From positions 868,001 to 932,000 of the forward strand of contig CM007992.1 of NCBI GenBank assembly GCA_002189035.1: 64,000 nt of DNA, written 5' to 3'. Position numbers and translations under genes: made by a program. Shown here one piece after another: positions 1-15,013 of this stretch; the first letter of the stretch is position 1, and every line of letters begins with the position of its first letter. The notes under the pieces were generated by a model, which was given only the letters and a program-made list of their open reading frames with translations, was not told where the DNA came from and searched no databases. The stretch is from Utricularia gibba (taxonomy: Eukaryota; Plantae; Magnoliophyta).

Positions 1-79
1 CGAAACCCAATTCCGCACAAGCGAAACTTGAATCATTATCTAGAAACATTAAGACAACAAATGTTGGTGCACTTTTGAC

Positions 80-304
80 CTTGTTCGCAACGAAATCAAC
101 CGCAATTTCGAGTCTGGATACATCTTTCAGTCCACCGCTACCACGAGACGACGACGAAGTGAAGAGTTTGTGGTAAAGCTCCTTCAAAGTGGATGGAGCG
201 TTGGAGGATTGACCCGCGGCGGCACTCAGCACCGATGGATCGATCGACCGGCTGAAACACCAATTTCTCCCCCTTATCGGAAAAACCACCACTTTAGCTC
301 TCAT
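80..304 (-). CDS. Exon 1 of a mitochondrial K+/H+ exchange-related (Mit_KHE1-like) conserved plant protein; gene continues off the window
   Basis: Manual translation from ATG at 304: MRAKVVVFPIRGRNWCFSRSIDPSVLSAAAGQSSNAPSTLKELYHKLF...VDFVANK, then a GT donor at 79. The MRAxxVVFPIxGRNWCFSRS start matches the family as I recall it (At1g53760-like). Absent from the ORF track because the frame runs off the edge without a stop. Confidence 0.8.
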
Positions 305-852
305 CGGAGCAACACAAAATCAACGACGGAAATTTCCAGAAACCGCCCCAAAGGGTTTTTGGTGCCACAAGTGTCAAGCACCGACTGAGACCAAAGCCCA
401 GGGTTTAGTCGAAGCTAAAGTAATTTTATTATTTTTATCTGTAAAATAACTAAAAATAGCAGTAACAGCTACCAAATATCCTTTTTAAGGCTCGACGACA
501 AAAACGGAAAGGGAGCGATGCGATGACGACGGACGGCAATTTCAACTTGCCGATCAAGAAAAAGGTAATTCCGGCGCCGCCGTGTTTGAGCGGCATTCTG
601 ATTGCCCTAATTTCGCGGAGGTGGGGACGCGTGAGATTGCTGCTGTAAAATCTTCCCTTTCGGGTAGATTCTGCTGTAAATGGTAAACACGTAGCTACCG
701 GCATTAAGGACAAAAAGTGGCTCTTGTATTCACTGATCTGCGGTCGGAGATCTCTTTTAAAGTAGCCGAAGCGTAATTGTCGGCAGGATGGTGAAAGAGG
801 CATCTTATCAAGAGACACTGGCCACTTCTCCTTTCCCTCCTCTGAGGCAACA

Positions 853-2462
853 ATGGCTGCGGATCCGAGGCACTTCGTCGCCGGTGTACTCACCCTCACA
901 ATGTTCGTCATGCTCGGCGATATGGTCAAGCGCGACTACTACGATTCCGTCCATGTACGCATTTTCCTTCTTTTGTCAATCCTTCTTCAGGAAACCTTTT
1001 TCTGGATCTTGAGATTTAGATTTCTGCCGCGTATCGAGATTTCTGGTTGAAGTTTTCCTGTTTCCTTCGGAAGCCACATGTCAATAACTCGAATAAGGCT
1101 TCAGAGCGGGGTATTGAGAGAGTTACCGACGGGGCTGATCGGCTTTGGAAGGAGGATGGGCTGAGTTTGAAGCCCTGTTGGGAGAAGCCACTTGTCGGTG
1201 AGTAGCTCCTCCGCTTTAAGTTTTCATTTTCTCTCCTGCTGATCAGTTAAGTGGTGAATACTCTTTCAGGGGCTGAGGAATCCAAAGGATATGTTACCTT
1301 CTCTTTAACCAATGGCCCAGAATACCATGTTTCTCAGGTGTAGATCCGTGCCATTTTGGGATGTGTTGTGGCTTTTTCTGGGTTCCATAGCTCATCTGCT
1401 CTTGCTGCAGATTGCTGATGCAGTGGTGGTTGCACGATATCTACGAGCAAAACTCGTTATCCCTGATATTCGAGGGAGCAAACCTGGAGACAAGAGGTGA
1501 GCAAAGGATGAATATTGTTAGTTACTTTCAGGGCATGAGCTGATCAGACAAACTGGTGATGACTTTCAGGAATTTTGAAGAGGTCTATGACACTGAGTAC
1601 CTCATTGGAAGCTTGGGAGGGGTGGTTGAGGTGGTGAAGTCTCTTCCAGTTGAGGTATCCGCTCGTAATCTTGCAGTCTTGAAGGTCCCAAATCGGATCT
1701 CCGAGGATTACATAGCAGAAAACATTGAAACTTCCTTCAGATCAAAGGGAAACATAAGGCTGGTCACATATTTCCCATCTGTGAACATGAAAAGGAATGA
1801 AGGAACGAGCAATGCGGACTCCATTGCATGTTTAGGCATGTTTGGCACATTGGTTCTTCAACCACAAGTGCAACAAGTAGTTGACTCCATAATCGATCGC
1901 TTGAGATCCCTGAGCCAAAAGTCAGATGGGCGCTTTGTGGCTATTGATCTCAGGATCCACATGTTGGAGAAAAAGGGATGCCGCAGGGACGAATCTGGCT
2001 CCAAAACTTGTTATGATCCAAGAGAGATAGCCCAGTTTTTGAAGAAGTTTGGGTTTAATAAACACACAACACTGTATGTGACACAAACCAAGTGGGACAG
2101 CAGCCTCAATGCTCTCAAGGATGCTTTTCCCAACACTTACACCAAGGTCAGGATCCTCTCCTCCCCATTTCTGTTATATACTACTGAATGCAGCAAGATT
2201 GCAGGAATCTGTGTTACCCGAATCCAAGAAAGATGAGTTTCTCAGCTCGGAGATGGAGAAGGTGATCGACTTCTACGTTTGTTCGGAGAGTGATGTGTTT
2301 GTACCGGCCATATCAGGGCTGTTCTACGCCAATGTTGCTGGGAAGAGAATAGCCTCTGGGAAAACTCAGATACTGGTTCCCTCTGCTTCCTCAGATCCTC
2401 AGGAGTTCTTGTCACATTACGTTTCCAAGAAGAATCACTTGGCCTACTCTTGTTTTTGCTAA
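853..2462 (+). CDS. MSR1: O-fucosyltransferase family protein, MANNAN SYNTHESIS-RELATED (multi-exon)
   Basis: N-terminal anchor VLTLTMFVMLG, then KGYVTFSLTNGPEYHVSQ, PDIRGSKPGD, DVFVPAISGLFYAN and C-terminal SKKNHLAYSCFC*; GT-AG junctions join these blocks. MSR1 vs MSR2 orthology not resolvable. Confidence 0.92.
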
Positions 2463-3760
2463 GCAACTGAACAGTTGATGCTGCTGCCTGTTGTGGCCTT
2501 CCCTTCTTACAAGCTTGGAAAACCTTCTTGAAATCATATCATGTTGTGCACAAAGAAGTTGTGACCTGTGTATGATGCGAATGAGAGGCGTGGTATCCAG
2601 GACAGCCGCTTTTCGAGCCTTAAAAACCAACAGATGTCGAACACGCTTTGAGAAGTGATTATCCAACCGTAATGGGGGACAAGTGACCTCTGTATCATCA
2701 GCTATTTTTCACTCTAAACAGGATTGCACTCATATTTCTTACTTAAGCTTCCCACCCCTCCTCCATTCCCAATTCTCAAGGCCACTTGGTGATTTGATGA
2801 TTCATATCCTGGGCCATTTCCTTTTGCTAGTAATATCAAATCGTTTTTTTATTAGAAGATTCTCATAATCTCTTAGGATGAGAGTCAACTTACCTGGATC
2901 AATTTGCCAAATGGCTGTCACATTTGTAATTCAAGGCTGCAATCAAGACATATTATGGCACTCATGTCAATTTTACAGCAAGTGGAAGCCCTTATGGCGA
3001 AGTAACAGTCTTCATTGTGACCAAAGAGAAACAGGATTTGAGTAAAAGAGAGGTATGATGAGAAAAAAAAATGTCACCTTTTCATAAAAAAGGTGTCATT
3101 TTTTCATAAAAATCTCCAGTACAAATAATCAAAAGAAAGGCTACAGTACCATAAACCACAAGTCATGAACTTAGTTCCATAAGCAAAATAATAGACACCA
3201 TGGGGGTAAAACAAAAAAAAAAAAAACGTGCAATCGTGAGATCACAACCTCCAACCCTAGAGTGATTCGCGGGAAGCCTTATTGGAAATCCCCAACGGAT
3301 CAGAGAAATCAGCGTCGATACGCTAGTCATCCACGGCGGTTGTCGCCGTTGCATGGTTGGCGTGGCACCGTCGATCAACAAGAGGCGCGCATCGAATCGC
3401 AGAGAAGAGGGTAGTGCAGAGTAGGGCTTTGGCGGAGAGAAAAATGAAACTCGCGCGGGTTCTTCTGCACCCTCTCGGGGCCATTCATAACGTCTGCTTT
3501 CCGTTGGTTTTTGAAATTTGAAACGGAAAAAATCCGTTAATCACATAATTAGTTATTTAATAATATAAATATTATTTACGATTTTTGAATAACGGAGAAT
3601 TTGGAGTTCAAATTTCAAAATTTAACGGTTTTGTAATTATTATTTAATATCTTTAGTAAAATACTTGGAAAGTAATTTCATATTTTTTTCATATCAAAAT
3701 AATTATAAATTTCAAATATTTAACATGATTGAATTAGGGTATTTTGCGCCAGTTTTGGAA

Positions 3761-5722
3761 ATGGAGGCTGAAGGACGTGAATTCAACACCTCTGTTCCGC
3801 CTTGTAGCTTTATGGTATTTGCATTTCTTGCAATGGAGCCACCGGAGGTTGCGATATCCTTCGCCAGGTTGTGTTTTGTGGCCTTTCCGGGATGTGGGTG
3901 TAAAAATTTTTATCTGATTTTTGGTGTTTATGTTTCAATTTTAGGGAGTTAGGAGGAGGTGCAATCACCCCTAGTGTCCAGGGTTGCATTTGGGATACCT
4001 GCGTTCGCGAAGCTGTGAGCTTTTAGTTTTGTTTTGTATTGAGCGTGTAAAAGGGTAAAATCCGGTTTTTTGCTGAAAGGGGACAAAATATGGACATCTT
4101 TTCTAGGTCTTGGAATGGCAAGGGGCTTACTTGAAGAGATTTCTCAAGAAACTGATTGCTGAAATTGAGTCGAGTGGTGGTGTTGTTTTGGATGAACTCT
4201 ACGAGCAGTATGCTTCTTGTATGACTGGTTCAAAGGCGAGACTGATGTCCTGATGTTGGTGCGTGTTTCAATGGCTTTTGTCTTTGATTGGTATTCATAA
4301 TTTATTGGTCCTCCGTCAGGATCCGGACGGTGCCAGCAATTGCTACGCACGAGTGTTGAAGAGATTATCATTTATCTTCCCAGGTAGAATAAACTTGTCG
4401 AGTTCTATTTCTTTCTGGATTTTTCTGCAGCCTGGAAACGTTTTGTTGGCTTGTTTGACAGAGTCTTCCGGAGATTCATCTAGTTGCAATCCCCCAAAGT
4501 TGGAGGTTCAACTTCGGTGCTCTGTGAACATGCTTGAAGGCAATACTGGGTGTTGTATGCTTCTCTTGTGTTTTTTTTACTCGCTATGTCTTTGCCAAAG
4601 AAATTGCAGCTTACTCATTCTGCATTGCGTGGTCATTGCAGTGAGCTTTTTGTAGTCTTTAGTTCTTTCCCCCCTTGCTTGCTAGTTATCTAGTTATTTT
4701 TTGTTATTGCCTAGGTGCTCAATTTGGCCGTCAAGCCTTTTCTTGTCAGAATTTATACTCTCTTACCCAGAGGTTTTTGCAAACAAACGTTGCATTGAGG
4801 TAATGCATGTCTTTTTTCATGATGGACATTGTTTTCTTTCTTCCAAGTATGAATTTATAAGCCAAAGCATCTTTAGATGAATGATGGATTTTCTTCTCAT
4901 TGTGTTGCTCATTGCAGCTGGGTTCTGGTGTTGGACTGGTTGGCATTTGTCTATCCTACGTGAAGGCTGCAAAAGTATTCGTTTTTCCATTGGATCAATT
5001 CTTGTTCTCTTTTTCAATTTGTTTTTGTTCATCGTCTCTTTTGGATTTGCCTGATCCAGGTGATTCTGAGCGATGGTGACCTGACTGCGTTAGCAAATAT
5101 GAAGGCTAACTTGGAATTGAACAACCTGAGCACTGGAGAGTTGGTATCTGATCTTCAGAACCAGGTTAGAGAACATGCGGTCTCTTTATAACGCTCTACA
5201 TTTCCTAGTCCAGTTAACAATCATATTTGTTGCAAAATCCTCCAAAACAGGTGCATTGTGTTCACCTGCCATGGGAATCTGCACGGGAGAACGATCTTCA
5301 TCTCTTTGCACCCGACATAATGTAAGCATTCTACTCATTCTTGACATCACAGCGAACACATGGTTGCACTCCAACTCTCTTGCAATGCATAGCGAATCAT
5401 ATCCTGCTTTACATCCTACAGTGTGGGAGCTGATATCATCTATGATCAGTCTTGTCTTCCGCATCTTGTTCGACTGCTGGCTGCAGTTGCCACTCGCATG
5501 CATTCGCCCTCCAAAGACAACCATGATCCAGCAGATGCCCCTGTGGTCTATGTTGCTGCTGTGATCCGTAGCATTGACACCTTCGAGTGTTTTCTCGGAC
5601 TCACCAAAAGGGCTAATCTTTCTGTCTCCGACATAACTGAAAGCATCAGCATCTCAAACTTTCTTCCTTACATGTCTTCTTATCAGCGTGCTAGTGTTCG
5701 GATGTTCAAGATTCATGCGTAG
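3761..5722 (+). CDS. Putative protein-lysine methyltransferase (EEF2KMT/FAM86-like, Methyltransf_16 family), multi-exon
   Basis: Exons read AFLAMEPPEVAISFAR|ELGGGAIT..|YLKRFLKKLIAEIE..LDELYEQY; last exon GADIIYDQSCLPHLVRLL..VYVAAVIRSIDTFECF..* (5722). Requires a GC-AG intron at 4236-4319. Confidence 0.8.
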
Positions 5723-5941
5723 AATAAACATTCCTCTGTTCATTGTCTGGTTTGGATTGATTAAATGACAATTTTCATAAGTAGTCAAAATTCCCCTGTG
5801 AAGACAACGACACTCCTGTCCACTAGAGATTACAAATACCTTTCCCCCTGATCTTCCAATGGGAAATGTGATATAAAATGGAGCAGCATCCCAAGCTCCC
5901 GGGACTTCACTATGGTACACAGCCTGAGGTCTGCCAATTCC

Positions 5942-9986
<4,045 letters not shown>

Positions 9987-10767
9987 ACCGAAACCCAACA
10001 AGAAATCAGACCCAAATATCTACGGATCCCTGATCTTGAACGCAAAATTCAGAAATTCCTTGAGGAAGAGAATCATCAAGGCGTGTGTTCACAGGCACTG
10101 ATTATCAAGTAGAAGATTCAAAACTACCCAATTCTCTCGAGGTCAATGAGACAGGATTCGACGCCATTCTCCGGATTGCTTTCAACAACATACCAAAGCT
10201 TCCTTCAATTAAATACCAGTAATTATTTAAAAATACATAGTTACTTATTTTTATTTTTAATTTCCACATTTATAAAATTGATTAAATTAAATTAATTTCT
10301 TATTTTATATTTGATGAATATTAAATATTTTTACTTTAAAAAACGTGAGGATTTTATCGACATTCTTTCAAATTACAATAAGTATAAAGAATTTATTCTC
10401 AAATTTTATTTTTTAAATGTCTCAATTTACTTTTTTTTTTTACTTTTAAATTTACAAAATTATATATTTAACAATTTATGTTTACCCAAAAAAAACTTAA
10501 AATTTTAAAAGATTCTTAAAAAATTACAAAACTTCAATTTCTATGTTTCCAGAAATATCTTTTAAAGATTTGAGACAATAAACACCTAATAATTCATGTC
10601 AAATAATTTCTGCTTTACAAAAATATAAATATACAAATATTTATTATTTTTAAAATAATATATCTATATATATTATTTTATTAAAATCAAATAAATAACA
10701 TAAGCAATTAAAACACAGTTGCTGGTCCTGTGGTATTGGAAGAATGGGGAGTGAACGCTCTATGGTT

Positions 10768-10798
10768 TGAACTGTGAACTGTGAACTGTGAACTGTGA
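10768..10798. repeat. Heptamer microsatellite (TGAACTG)4
   Basis: tgaactg repeated four times plus tga, just downstream of the OXA2 stop. Confidence 0.9.
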
Positions 10799-10880
10799 GG
10801 GCAAAGACTCACCTTGCCAATGGCTTATGTGATTCCAGAAAAGGAATCCGGTGAAGAACTTCAGGGAATTCTGGAAATCG

Positions 10881-13800
10881 CTAGATGTCTCTTCGGCTGC
10901 TGATCATCTCGCTGGCCAAGTCCTTCGGCTCCGACTCCAACTCCTCAAGATGTACACGGTACGCAGGATTGTAAGCTATGAGCATTTCCAGGTACTTTCG
11001 CGACTCCGATTTCCGGTTTGCGCTGAGCAGAGCACTGCATTGGCAGATTGGATGAAGCTATCAAACTGGATAAACAGATCCCATCACAATATCATAATTT
11101 GGTTGGACTGTTTAATGGTGGAGTTTTGATGAGTGTATTGCACAACCTGGTTAGGAAAGTGAAAGAGCTACCTTGCAAGAACTCGTATGCCGTCGTAGTA
11201 GTGCGCCTTGGACTTCGAATCCTTGGGTTCTTGTAGGTGAGCTATTCTTTCCAGATGCGCAATGCCCTCCGTCAGCTTACCCTGTAAGGATGGATGGTTA
11301 GTGGGTAAGAAACTGTGGGGGTGAGTTTGGAAAACTCAGTGCAGCACCTGCTTCACTTTAGTGATACCAGCCCACTGAGAAGAAAGGATTAGAAGATCCA
11401 ATTCTTCTCCTGCTGTTGGATATCCATTCTCAAGGAGCTGAAGGAAAAAGATTGAAAGCTTCATGAGTTGGGTGCATCTTAAATAGGATTAGGATACCGT
11501 GATCTTTGGATTCAGGCAAGTTATGGATTCATAATGCTTATGAAGTTTGAATAAAGAAGCATGGCGATAACATTCACAAAAAATGAGTATAATGTAGATG
11601 GCAGTTAGGGGGTTTAGTGGCAACTGCACCTTTGAAACAGCAGTTTCTAAGGATTCTAGTGCTTCAGTAAATTCTCCTTCCTGCAGCAGTGTCTGCCCCA
11701 TAAGAAGCAAAGCCCTTAGATTCACGGGATCCTTTTTAAGAGCAATCCTGCGTGTTTTAGTTTACAAAATAAGAAAACGGAGAGGGAGATATTAGAGTAT
11801 GATAACACATTGATAACTCACAACCTTAGCGTTTTTATTGCAACTTCCCGGTAGCCATCAGTTAACATTCTGACAGCCAACTGCAAAGAAAATTATGAGA
11901 TTATAAGGCAGTAAGACAGCTATGAAACAGCTGTATTTTTCAAGGCATTGAAAGAAGGATATCGAGCATAAACACATACTGAAGTCAATTCTACAGGTGA
12001 TAAACTCTGAGCAGAAACTTCCCCCTTCTTTGTTTGTATCAAAATGTCTCCAACTACTTTATTGCCTCTCTCTTCAGTGGATGGAATCAACACCGGTGGA
12101 GCATTTTCTCTAGGAAGTAGCCCCAATGACTCACGAATGTATGGATGATGCAGACATAATAGCTGTCAATGGAAGGGCGATTACAACAACAAAAAAAAAA
12201 AAATGGAACTCCAGAAGTGAACTGAAAAAATTGTATGCTAGAATATGACTGCAACCCCATATTCTATTACCCACAATCAGCCACATCATCTGCCTAGAGA
12301 CACGACAACAACCCCCTCACAGACTTTTGGGTACGTCGTAGTAATAAGACATCATCATAAAAACTTATGTTGTTAAAAAAATAAAAATAAGTTAAATTTT
12401 AATTGGCAATGTACGGCAGAGGAAAAAAAACATCATGCCAAATACCATGATATTTGTCTATGTGATACCTTGAAAAATTCGTAAGTACACTAAAGACTAT
12501 GAACAAGACCTAAAGAAGTGTCATCAACTAACCCCCAACATTCCAAATGGAAAATTGCTATTTCTCTTTCAATGAAGTTACCTAACGTCTTTGGATTCTC
12601 ATAAGAAGAAACTGACCTGTATCAGACTAAATGAGCTATTTGTAACCCAGTATACTAAGCTTCCCTGGAACATGTCAGAAAAAAGAAACAAAGTTGAGAA
12701 AATTTAAGAAGCTACACAACACGTCAAAGGATATTTCCAGACAAATATTATGGTCAGTGTATTCAATGGAATTGGAAGTGAAATCCAGAAACTAACACTA
12801 TACCTGGGGAACATTCAACCCAGCAATGAAAATAAGCAGCGTCAATGCTTGCAAATAAATAGAATACATCTACACAGATTTAACGGCAATATTATCAACA
12901 TTTATTATATGAAAAGAAATCACAAGTCCCGAACTTACCAGGCCACTGAAAGGGTGATGACGCAAGGAAAGAAATATTATAGATCTCAGAGCTCACCTTT
13001 GCTAAGGAACCTAAGGAACCCGGATAGTTTTGAATTGCAGATTGTTGAAGAGAAATCTGAATTTTACACCCATGAAGACATGAAAATAATTACCACAGGC
13101 AGGGGTAAGAATTCACCCAAAGCAATTTTCCATAGGACACGATAAAATATAAACTTATTCCACATGCCTTTACATTGACAAAATGCAGACCAGCAACACA
13201 CAACGGCAATATAGGCCCTAAAGCACCATGTGGATTGTCAGTCAAATTCACAAACCAAAGAACTCCACCCTGCAAAAAATATAAAGTGAGAATCACCTTC
13301 TATTGGCCAAATAAATACAATAAAAATACATGTCCGTCCAGCCATTTACCAATCCAGGTTTATTATTAGGATAAAGATTGCACTGATGGCCATAGTGAAC
13401 CGTGGCAGTTATCAGCATAAATTTTTTAATTCAAAGGTACAGAATACTTTACAACATTCTATTCAAAAAATGCTTAAGCAACTTACGCTATCAAAGCCAG
13501 GGTGGTTATCCAATGACATTCTCCGAACACTTACAAGACACAAGAAAAAACAAGGAGCCTGCAAATGAAACATGTTTATAAACTAAGATATCTTAAACAA
13601 GTCACGAGATTTTCTTGAGAAAATCACAAAAAAGAGTATGTATGAATCACTAAAACTCATCCAACAAAACTAAAAAAAGTAAAGAATCTAGATTCAAAAA
13701 AGGGCATTGACCTGGATAGCAAATGACGAGAAGAACCACAGCAATGATGGGCATCTGACATCCTTTTTTTCTTTCCAAAAAAGAGAAAGCTGATCTCTAA

Positions 13801-14818
13801 AGCTTCTTCCTGACAGAGGTGGTGGAAATGGTGGAGGTACTATTAGAGATACACCCAAAAGGAACCCGTGTTACAATCCAAGAAGCCACTTTGGTAACAA
13901 ATGAGCTGTGAAATCGAAAGAAAAAAAAAAGAATTCTTTTCATGCCATCAGAAGGTAACTGAGTACGAACTGTCTAAGAAACTACAAGCTATAGAGCAGT
14001 AATACTCACATTTCGAAAGCAGCTCAGCGATCCTCTTCAATTTTTTCAGTTGCAGAACAATTAAAGGAAATATTGCAAGTCTCATCATTATTGTTGATGA
14101 TGAAATAATTATCCACCTAAAGAGCATCACATCAGCTTCTAAAGAATGGACGGAGAGAATGATGAATATAAGTAAAGAGATCAACAAAATCTTATTGAAG
14201 TCTTTCCCTCGTCATACCCATTAAGATGTAATGCGAACTCTAAGGTTAGTACACTAAGATAGCAGGAATACTTGATCCCCAAATAGTTAAAGGTCTAGGA
14301 AAGCATGATAACATGAGGAGTTTGCATGAAGCAATCATCAATTGACAAAAATAACATTTCTTTAAGCATGAATTGACATGAGATAATGAGTATTCTCATC
14401 TCCTCGTTTACACTTCAACTGCAAAACTACGAAAAAAAAATCTTTTCTGTCCAAATAACATAGAATTGTGGAGGCGCGTAGATACGAGCATCCCTAAAGC
14501 ATCAATCTGCTCTGGTTTTGCTTACCATGGGAGTCCAGTGAGATCATGATAAGAGTCTAGCAGCGAGATGACAACTTTTATTGGAAGAAACGGATCATTT
14601 GACTCTGGAAGTGGCAGTTGAGAAGAGAATCTCCGGGGGCACGAAAACAAATATGGGCCTGATACATATAGTTGCGGAGGCAGCGACTGGTGATGAGCAG
14701 GCAACCTACTCAGAGAACAAGACGGCGGTGAAGAGTAACTGGAGACAGAAAGCAGCGACACCTGTCCCCGCGATCCACGGCCGCGGCGAACCGCCGCCGA
14801 TATCACACGCAACCTCAT
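10881..14818 (-). CDS. OXA2: ALBINO3-like protein 2 / OXA2-type YidC-Oxa1 membrane insertase with C-terminal TPR, multi-exon
   Basis: Transit-like N-terminus; LLDSYHDLTGLPW|WIIISSSTIMMRLAIFPLIVLQLKK; GGVLWFVNLT; GSLVYWVTNSSFSLIQ; TPR-like ALLLMGQTLLQEGEF; last exon IAYNPAYRVHLEEL..ISSRRDI* (TAG 10881-10883). Confidence 0.88.
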
Positions 14819-15013
14819 TCTCCGCCGTCAACGCCGATGCAGAACCTCTCAAAGTAGTAAAAATTGTACTGGGCGTATTGGGCCTGGATTGAAGTCAGGC
14901 CCAATCAGGGAAAATGCCTTGTCCTTGTTTCCTCTCCTGGGTGATTCCTGCTTTTCAAACGCTAGTGGTTTTCTTGAAGTGACGAACAATAGACGGCCAC
15001 CCCCCCATCTTTC
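14819..15013. promoter_or_regulatory. 195-bp head-to-head bidirectional promoter with site II elements
   Basis: Divergent ATGs at 14818 (-) and 15014 (+); TGGGCC at 14879-14884 and GGCCCA at 14898-14903. Confidence 0.7.

Noticed and set aside
361-390. GCACCGACT and GGTGCCAC resemble pieces of the sgRNA/tracrRNA scaffold
   Set aside because: Only 8-9 nt matches, in the wrong order, inside a 5' leader; chance.
12727-12735. U12-type ATATCCTTT/GTATCCTTT donors (also near 11956 and 16832)
   Set aside because: All lie inside ordinary GT-AG introns whose exons already join in frame; no U12 branch site seen.
12938-12944. 7-nt microexon in an OXA2 intron
   Set aside because: The upstream intron would be only ~43 nt and inclusion would shift the frame.
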